Shown here in pieces: positions 58,198 through 64,000 of a DNA stretch of 64,000 bases. Position numbers and translations under genes: made by a program. Location of the stretch: assembly GCA_000146045.2 (NCBI GenBank), contig BK006938.2, forward strand, positions 480,001 to 544,000, given 5' to 3'. Source of the DNA: TPA_inf: Saccharomyces (lineage: Eukaryota). Positions within the stretch are counted from its first letter, which is position 1; each line of letters starts with the position of its first letter. A model generated the notes under the pieces. It made no database searches, had not been told where the DNA came from, and saw only the letters and a list, made by a program, of their open reading frames with translations.

Positions 58198-58467
58198 ATC
58201 ATGCATGGCAAACGAGATTATCATGGATATTAGAAGGACCATGATCATGGCATTACATACCTGATGGAGGACCATTGCCTTGTAATCAATTTTAGTGTCA
58301 TCACCCAATGTGTTCTCACCCACTGTTTTCAATCTGTGGACGAACTCATCTTGGGTCAAACCTTCAGTTAGACTTGTGCCTATGAATTCAGCGGCTTCTT
58401 CTGCAGTCAGCGTGTGATAAGCATTGAATTCTGCATTATTGTTTTCCTTAGTAGTTCCTTCGCCCAT
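55192..58467 (-). CDS. ENA1: P-type Na+/Li+ efflux ATPase, 1091 aa; promoter-proximal unit with a diverged first ~90 codons (MGEGTTKENNNAEFNAYHTLTAEE...) and a unique promoter
   Basis: Coding identity with ENA2 starts at about 58197 and runs leftwards; one internal difference at 56211 (Thr vs Ala). Confidence 0.9.
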   Translation of the reverse strand: MGEGTTKENNNAEFNAYHTLTAEEAAEFIGTSLTEGLTQDEFVHRLKTVGENTLGDDTKIDYKAMVLHQVCNAMIMVLLISMIISFAMHDWITGGVISFVIAVNVLIGLVQEYKATKTMNSLKNLSSPNAHVIRNGKSETINSKDVVPGDICLVKVGDTIPADLRLIETKNFDTDESLLTGESLPVSKDANLVFGKEEETSVGDRLNLAFSSSAVVKGRAKGIVIKTALNSEIGKIAKSLQGDSGLISRDPSKSWLQNTWISTKKVTGAFLGTNVGTPLHRKLSKLAVLLFWIAVLFAIIVMASQKFDVDKRVAIYAICVALSMIPSSLVVVLTITMSVGAAVMVSRNVIVRKLDSLEALGAVNDICSDKTGTLTQGKMLARQIWIPRFGTITISNSDDPFNPNEGNVSLIPRFSPYEYSHNEDGDVGILQNFKDRLYEKDLPEDIDMDLFQKWLETATLANIATVFKDDATDCWKAHGDPTEIAIQVFATKMDLPHNALTGEKSTNQSNENDQSSLSQHNEKPGSAQFEHIAEFPFDSTVKRMSSVYYNNHNETYNIYGKGAFESIISCCSSWYGKDGVKITPLTDCDVETIRKNVYSLSNEGLRVLGFASKSFTKDQVNDDQLKNITSNRATAESDLVFLGLIGIYDPPRNETAGAVKKFHQAGINVHMLTGDFVGTAKAIAQEVGILPTNLYHYSQEIVDSMVMTGSQFDGLSEEEVDDLPVLPLVIARCSPQTKVRMIEALHRRKKFCTMTGDGVNDSPSLKMANVGIAMGINGSDVSKEASDIVLSDDNFASILNAVEEGRRMTDNIQKFVLQLLAENVAQALYLIIGLVFRDENGKSVFPLSPVEVLWIIVVTSCFPAMGLGLEKAAPDLMDRPPHDSEVGIFTWEVIIDTFAYGIIMTGSCMASFTGSLYGINSGRLGHDCDGTYNSSCRDVYRSRSAAFATMTWCALILAWEVVDMRRSFFRMHPDTDSPVKEFFRSIWGNQFLFWSIIFGFVSAFPVVYIPVINDKVFLHKPIGAEWGLAIAFTIAFWIGAELYKCGKRRYFKTQRAHNPENDLESNNKRDPFEAYSTSTTIHTEVNIGIKQ

Positions 58468-58730
58468 CGAAAATTTTCAATTCTGTGTACGAAGTTTTTT
58501 CTTTAATTAGTAAATATACGTATTGTTGCCTCAAATAAATGTGAATTAAGTGTGAACAGTTCACTTGATGAAGATATCTGCTTTATTAAAGTTAATATTA
58601 GAATATAAATGATTAGACTATTACTAATGAGAAAAGAAAGATAGGAGAAATAGTAGAAATTAATAGTACTCTAAAAAGAAAGAACGGAATAAGAGGAAAA
58701 GACCTTTTATCTATTCAAATTGTTTCCCTT

Positions 58731-58734
<4 letters not shown>

Positions 58735-58763
<29 letters not shown>
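58735..58763. repeat. (TA)14 microsatellite in the ENA1 promoter, about -270 to -300
   Basis: direct read. Confidence 0.9.
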
Positions 58764-58767
<4 letters not shown>

Positions 58768-58968
58768 CCCTGTATATATCTATGTAAATGACGAAAACGC
58801 ATGACATTTTAAAACCTACCCCGGGTTTGACCACAACCCACCGTTCATCTAATATTAACCCGCACCCACCAAGGAAAGAGGCAATAATTCGGGAATACTG
58901 CTCTAAGACCTTGTTTTTTCTTCTGTCAGGTGAAAGTATATGACCAAAATCTACATCCCTGCCCTAAC

Positions 58969-58978
58969 AAACGTCATA
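58969..58978 (-). promoter_or_regulatory. CRE-like Sko1 site (TGACGTTT) in the ENA1 promoter, about -502 to -511
   Basis: Plus strand AAACGTCA, 23 bp from the Mig1 site; matches the recalled URS-CRE of ENA1. Confidence 0.6.
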
Positions 58979-59000
58979 GAAGTAGGAAATAAATGATGAG

Positions 59001-59011
59001 CCCCGCAAAAT
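59001..59011 (-). promoter_or_regulatory. Mig1 site in the ENA1 promoter (ATTTTGCGGGG on the minus strand; GC box with AT-rich flank), about -534 to -544
   Basis: Plus strand CCCCGCAAAAT; position matches the recalled URS-MIG of ENA1. Confidence 0.65.
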
Positions 59012-59183
59012 GACGCCGCACGGCGATGTTTAAGACCCTGTACTCACAATGTAACCACTTCGTGCAGAAGCTTCTGGGAGGAAAGGGTCCGTACATGAAT
59101 TATCACACCCACACCCCTCATTCAATCCTTCTACCGCGCATGGTAATCAATCATAACAGGAAGCGATAAGAAAGTTTACATTG

Positions 59184-59193
59184 CACAGCCACC
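59184..59193 (-). promoter_or_regulatory. Crz1 CDRE-like element (GGTGGCTGTG) in the ENA1 promoter, about -720
   Basis: Plus strand CACAGCCACC; GNGGC(G/T)-type core; a second GGCTG at 59283-59288 near -815. Confidence 0.5.
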
Positions 59194-59754
59194 CTCATTG
59201 CCTCTGTGATTGAAGATCTGGGAGTGGGGCTAAAGGTGCAACTTCCGTACAAGAGTGACGAGATAAAGGATTTTCCACGGAATGGCTGACAAAATTCGGG
59301 GCTTGTGTGAGTTCCACGTGCGGATGACTTAATAAGCTCAGTGATTGTACTTTTGACATGATTGATGAACGGCTAGAGATAGCCACCGAGTGGCTACTTA
59401 GTAATAACCAGCGTAGGAAACAATTACGGATTTTGTTATCGTTCACCGATAACCCTAAAATATTGACCACACTGGTAGTCATTAGAATTTAACCAAGAGG
59501 GTAGCTTAGTTCGACCGATAATCAATATTACTGAAGTCTTATCAAATTCTGACTCTTGCCATACCGTTTCTTATCGTCACTGTTTAATCCGGAAATTAGT
59601 CATGTATCCACACATCCTTTATTAACAGCAGAGAGATTGGGCAAGAATGTTAGCAAACTATGTACCAGGCGGGTAATACCTGTACATCTATTTTCTTTTG
59701 AAAAGGAAAAAATGCAAGAAAGGGCATGAAATGAAACTATTTGGTACAAATTAG

Positions 59755-60414
<660 letters not shown>

Positions 60415-60600
60415 AAAGATGATGGCAATCCTATAATTACGCTGGTTCTTGGGACCGAAAAGATTTCGTACTTGTAAATAAAATAGGTGAAGAAGAGGGG
60501 CAAAAAGTAGTAGATTAAATGGTTATACTGAATTTATAAGTAAGTTTAATTATATTTTTTAACTATATGATGAACAATTTTGTACTAATATTGCGGCCCG

Positions 60601-61203
60601 TTATGAGTATTGCTCTTGCCATAAAAGTGTGTTCACTGCTTTGTTTCCTGGTACTGCATACCGCTTAATATTGTTATCGCTCAATAAATTTAGTTTCTGG
60701 AAGCTTTCCAAGGACTTACCAGGTAGCGGGCCTGAGAATCTATTTTTTAGTCCATCGGCTACAAAAATCGGTAGTATATTTGTTCTTGGTAAGTAAGCTT
60801 TGCTAAAGGAAAGTGTCCTTTTTCTGTTTGTATTCTTCTTCGAATTCCACCTGAAATGTTGGACATTCAGGGATGTGTGTAACCGATACTTCTGGTCAGA
60901 GAGTTTGTATACAATATACTCCGCTAATCTGAAAATGGTAAAAAATAATATAAAAACATTCTTGGTAGCAGATATGGAATCTGAATTCATATTGAGAAAG
61001 TTTCGCTCAGTACTCCAACTACTTTCGAGCAGAGTAGTGGAATCAGATTCCATTATTGAGGCTTTCGTTCCGAATAATTGTATAACTGGGTTATAAAATA
61101 GTTGTTGGAAAATAGAAAAAATGAGGACCTTTAGAAACTTTAAACCTTGAAAAGTAGAAAGGGTAGAAATTTTAAGGCTTTGATTATATAATATTTGCTC
61201 CAT
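60601..61203 (-). CDS. YDR042C, uncharacterised 200-aa protein
   Basis: ATG confirmed (CAT 61201-61203); no recognisable domain; recalled as a verified or uncharacterised ORF at this position. Confidence 0.6.
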   Translation of the reverse strand: MEQILYNQSLKISTLSTFQGLKFLKVLIFSIFQQLFYNPVIQLFGTKASIMESDSTTLLESSWSTERNFLNMNSDSISATKNVFILFFTIFRLAEYIVYKLSDQKYRLHTSLNVQHFRWNSKKNTNRKRTLSFSKAYLPRTNILPIFVADGLKNRFSGPLPGKSLESFQKLNLLSDNNIKRYAVPGNKAVNTLLWQEQYS

Positions 61204-61601
61204 GTTGTGAAAAGAAAAAGATTTTTTCTCTTAGAGACCTAGTCGTTTGTTAGCTGTTGTTGATTCGCTATTTTCAATAGTAAAGTTTCTAATAAAATGA
61301 CAAACATGAAGAAGATATAAGTGCGTGTTCTTCCAATATATAATATTTGTACTGCAGATACACAGATTCAAATTTTTCCCTGTTATCCGCCTTTCTTCTT
61401 GGAAATTGGTAACAGGATTTTGTGTCATTAGCAAAAATAATAGCCATTAGTAAGTACGCTTTGTTATCCCGACGCGAAACAGAAACAGAAATAAAGAAAA
61501 TGAAAGCTACTCTGATTTACGTTACCGCCATTGAAGATGGAGGATGAAGCACAATAAGAATAAGAAAAAAGAAAATCAGCAAGAATGACGCGAAAATATA
61601 T

Positions 61602-61700
61602 TATCAGTGTTAAAAAGCTATTGTCAAAGTTTGTTTCCACCTATAAAGGATTCGGACGAAGAAATTCATGTTGTTGTTGTTATAGGATATCATCATATAT
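61602..61700 (-). ncRNA. SNR47: C/D-box snoRNA (probably snR47), about 100 nt
   Basis: Minus-strand read ...AUAUAUGAUGAUAUCC...UCCGAAUCC...AACACUGAUAAUAUA: C box AUGAUGA near the 5' end, D' CCGA internal, D box CUGA near the 3' end, terminal AUAUAU/AUAUAU stem; intergenic between YDR042C and NRG1; the position matches my recollection of SNR47. Confidence 0.55.
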
Positions 61701-62673
61701 ATTTTCGATCACTCGCCAAGAGAATGTATAATAAGGAAAAAGATACCACGTTCTTCTGAACATGTTCAATATCCTTTCTCCTACTTTGCTCAGTACTTGA
61801 GCCCCATGCGTTTACATGATTTCAAAAGATATGGAGCTGAAGCCTTTTGTCTTGGCCGAGGATATGGCACCTTTTATATGACCGTATGGAAGACGTAGAG
61901 TGGATGAAAATTTTGTGAAAAAAAAAAGCTTATAGGAACAAAAACATCCTTACATCTTCGGGTATTTCTTCTAGGGTTGAAGTATAATAATTAACTATAC
62001 TATTGTTCGGAGACAGTTCTGATGCCTAGTAAAACGCTTGCAGCTCTAAAAAAATTTGTCTTATTTTTTTCTTCTTCAATGAGCTGTTACCATTGCTGTA
62101 AGAGATGCTCGAAAGGTAGTACCTTCAGTGAATTATCTGACGTACATCACGTGAACTGTTTTGCGTAGTAAATTGTTCAACGATAATATATCGTTGTTAG
62201 TGATCAAAAAGTAACTATGCAAACTGCAAATGTCAAAAAGCCACAGTTTCTAAAAGAAAAGCAATGAATGAAGAAGGTTTGGGGTTGTAAATGTTAATGC
62301 AGCGACGTCTGTTTTTTTGTTATGACAGGAAGTCAGGAGGTAGTCACAGTCTCGTATTAAGCAAAAGTGGTCTGTTTAGGTGGCATAATAGCCTTGTTGC
62401 AGCACTACTTGCTACCGAGGCGCAGCCTTACAACTAAAATGTCCAGACATGATCTTAAGCGGAAGGGAGGGGTTTTTGCTTCCGTTTTTTTGACATTAAA
62501 AGTTTTCTTAATGCCGCGCGTTTGAAAGGAAACTGATCTGAAAGTGATTTATGATGCCAAAAAAAAAAAAAAATCTTTTGAAGTACAATGTATGTATGCA
62601 TGAGTTTATAAAAAATGATGTAAAGTGCGGAATAGTAGTACTGCTAATGAGAAAAACACGGGTATACCGTCAA

Positions 62674-63369
62674 TTATTGTCCCTTTTTCAAATGTGTTCT
62701 ATAGTGTTGCAAGCAATTATCATGTCGACTGAATCGCTGCGTGCATCCCTTATACGGACAACAATGATTTTTTTCGCCCGTATGAATTCTATTATGCCTT
62801 GCTAAATGACCCGATGTAGTGAATCCTCTTGCGCAAATTTTGCAAATGTATTTGCGCCTTTGTTCAAGGTCTTCCTCATCTGATAACGTATTTCTTGGAT
62901 CTGTTCTTTGCTTCCGCGTTTTCAGAGAGTATCTACTATTTGCCATCTTATTATATGCATCATTAGAAACTATTCCGTTCTCAGGCTGTTGTATTATTGA
63001 TGAATTACAAGTTAGTTGTGATAGCGAGCTTTTTTCGGATGAATCTGAATTATATTGTACCGATGAATTGTCAAAAGAGACGCTTCTTGTTTGTAAATTA
63101 GGCGTTATTAAGTATTTTGGCTCCCACTTTTCAGAGCCATTTTCTGATTTGGTTTGGTATCGGAAATCAAAAGCAGTCTTATTTAATTTGTGTTTTAGTT
63201 CATTCTCTACCACATGAGAATTAGTTAGAACTGGTAGTAGCGTCTGATATTTTCTTTCCGGGCTTATTTCAACGTTTTCTTCATCTTGCATTCCATCAAA
63301 TGCGGAGATTCCCGGCAGTGCGGGCATAGTAGAAACATTGAGGTTACTATAGTTATATGGGTAAAACAT
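62674..63369 (-). CDS. NRG1: C2H2 zinc-finger transcriptional repressor (glucose and alkaline-pH response; represses ENA1), 231 aa
   Basis: Track ORF starts at TTG (63415-63417); true ATG is plus CAT 63367-63369 (MFYPYNYSNLNVSTMPALPG...); two C-terminal C2H2 fingers CKICARGFTTSGHLARHNRIH and CPYKGCTQRFSRHDNCLQHYRTH. Confidence 0.9.
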   Translation of the reverse strand: MFYPYNYSNLNVSTMPALPGISAFDGMQDEENVEISPERKYQTLLPVLTNSHVVENELKHKLNKTAFDFRYQTKSENGSEKWEPKYLITPNLQTRSVSFDNSSVQYNSDSSEKSSLSQLTCNSSIIQQPENGIVSNDAYNKMANSRYSLKTRKQRTDPRNTLSDEEDLEQRRKYICKICARGFTTSGHLARHNRIHTGEKNHCCPYKGCTQRFSRHDNCLQHYRTHLKKGQ

Positions 63370-64000
63370 TGCCTGAAAGTTTGCGAAGGGTAGTAATATG
63401 CTGGTCGAGAGGAACAATCCAAGAAAGGTGAATGGTAGAAAAAGGCGCCGTAATGGTAGGAATTACAGTACAATAATACTTTGCAGAATCGTATACGATA
63501 TGATTTTTACTTTCAAAAGCTGCAGAATTCCCTTATAGCATCAAAAAACTGTAAACGAGGTGGAGTAATATAATTTCTTTTAGTTAAGAGATGGGAACCA
63601 AATTTTTTTTAATTTGGGTTTGGAAAGTTCTCTTCCTTATATATGAATAACGGAAAAGGAGCCTGCAGCCAGACTGTAGAAAGATGACACTGCCAAGAGA
63701 ATAATTAAAAGAAAAAACACCCCAAACACCCTGACCGGCGGCGAAGCCCCTCTGCGCGCTCAACGCGTTTCGTTTCACGCTTAAGGGTCCTCAAGAGGCC
63801 ATAGTCTTTTACCGATAAGAAAAATCTAGACCCAATGAATTTTTCCCTTCTTTTCCGGTGCGGCCTTTTCACTGCTAAACAGTAAAAAGCATTTCTTGGC
63901 TTTCCCTGAGGGTGTTGACCGCAACCAAGCCAATACTTCATTTTGCTTTTTCCTCTTTTAGAAAACAGAGTTTTCCCTGTCTCAAACGTTTCAAAGACAA

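Noticed and set aside
63740-63770. ACGCGT (MCB-like) and CCCCT (STRE-like) motifs about 380-400 bp upstream of NRG1
   Set aside because: Single short motifs of this kind are expected by chance; no supporting arrangement

Overview
This 64 kb window is nuclear DNA from a budding yeast, almost certainly Saccharomyces cerevisiae chromosome IV, right arm. From memory of the encoded proteins (no database was queried), it covers YDR017C (KCS1) to YDR043C (NRG1), roughly chrIV:480,001-544,000 in S288C numbering. Those coordinates are recollection, not a lookup.

Gene content, left to right:
- 1-32,100: KCS1 (runs off the left edge), YDR018C, GCV1, DAS2, FAL1, ATG31, tV(UAC), SES1, RPS11A (one intron), NSI1, VPS54, REG1, RAD28, MIX14, PST2, then a 3.2 kb ORF-free gap, then MRH1 and LYS14.
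- 33,000-41,100: a Ty1 insertion hotspot. A full-length Ty1 element lies on the minus strand. Its TYA/TYB reading frames, +1 frameshift site, primer-binding site (PBS), polypurine tract (PPT) and 5-bp target-site duplication are all intact. It sits 95 bp upstream of tRNA-Leu(UAA). Older solo and truncated delta LTRs lie on both sides, and a second tRNA, tQ(UUG), follows.
- 41,300-47,200: a 51-codon Cys-rich ORF (YDR034W-B), ARO3, EHD3, KRS1.
- 47,400-58,500: the ENA5-ENA2-ENA1 array of P-type Na+/Li+ ATPase genes, three head-to-tail 3,885-bp units on the minus strand.
- 58,500-64,000: the distinct ENA1 promoter, RSM10, YDR042C, a C/D-box snoRNA candidate (snR47) and NRG1.

The supplied ORF track uses TTG and GTG as starts and prints M for them. 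I re-trimmed six genes to their real ATG: YDR018C, MIX14, PST2, ARO3, KRS1 and NRG1. The track misses KCS1 (no stop inside the window), the 51-codon ORF, the RPS11A first exon and all RNA genes.

I found no evidence for a novel or undescribed genetic system. There is no prokaryote-style operon, CRISPR array or defence island, and every long ORF has a recognisable yeast identity. The notable biology is: concerted evolution of the ENA array with diverged edges; the tRNA-linked Ty1 hotspot; a discordant U5 terminus between the two Ty1 LTRs; and promoter elements (ENA1 Mig1, CRE and CDRE; GCV1; ARO3) that can be read directly from the sequence.
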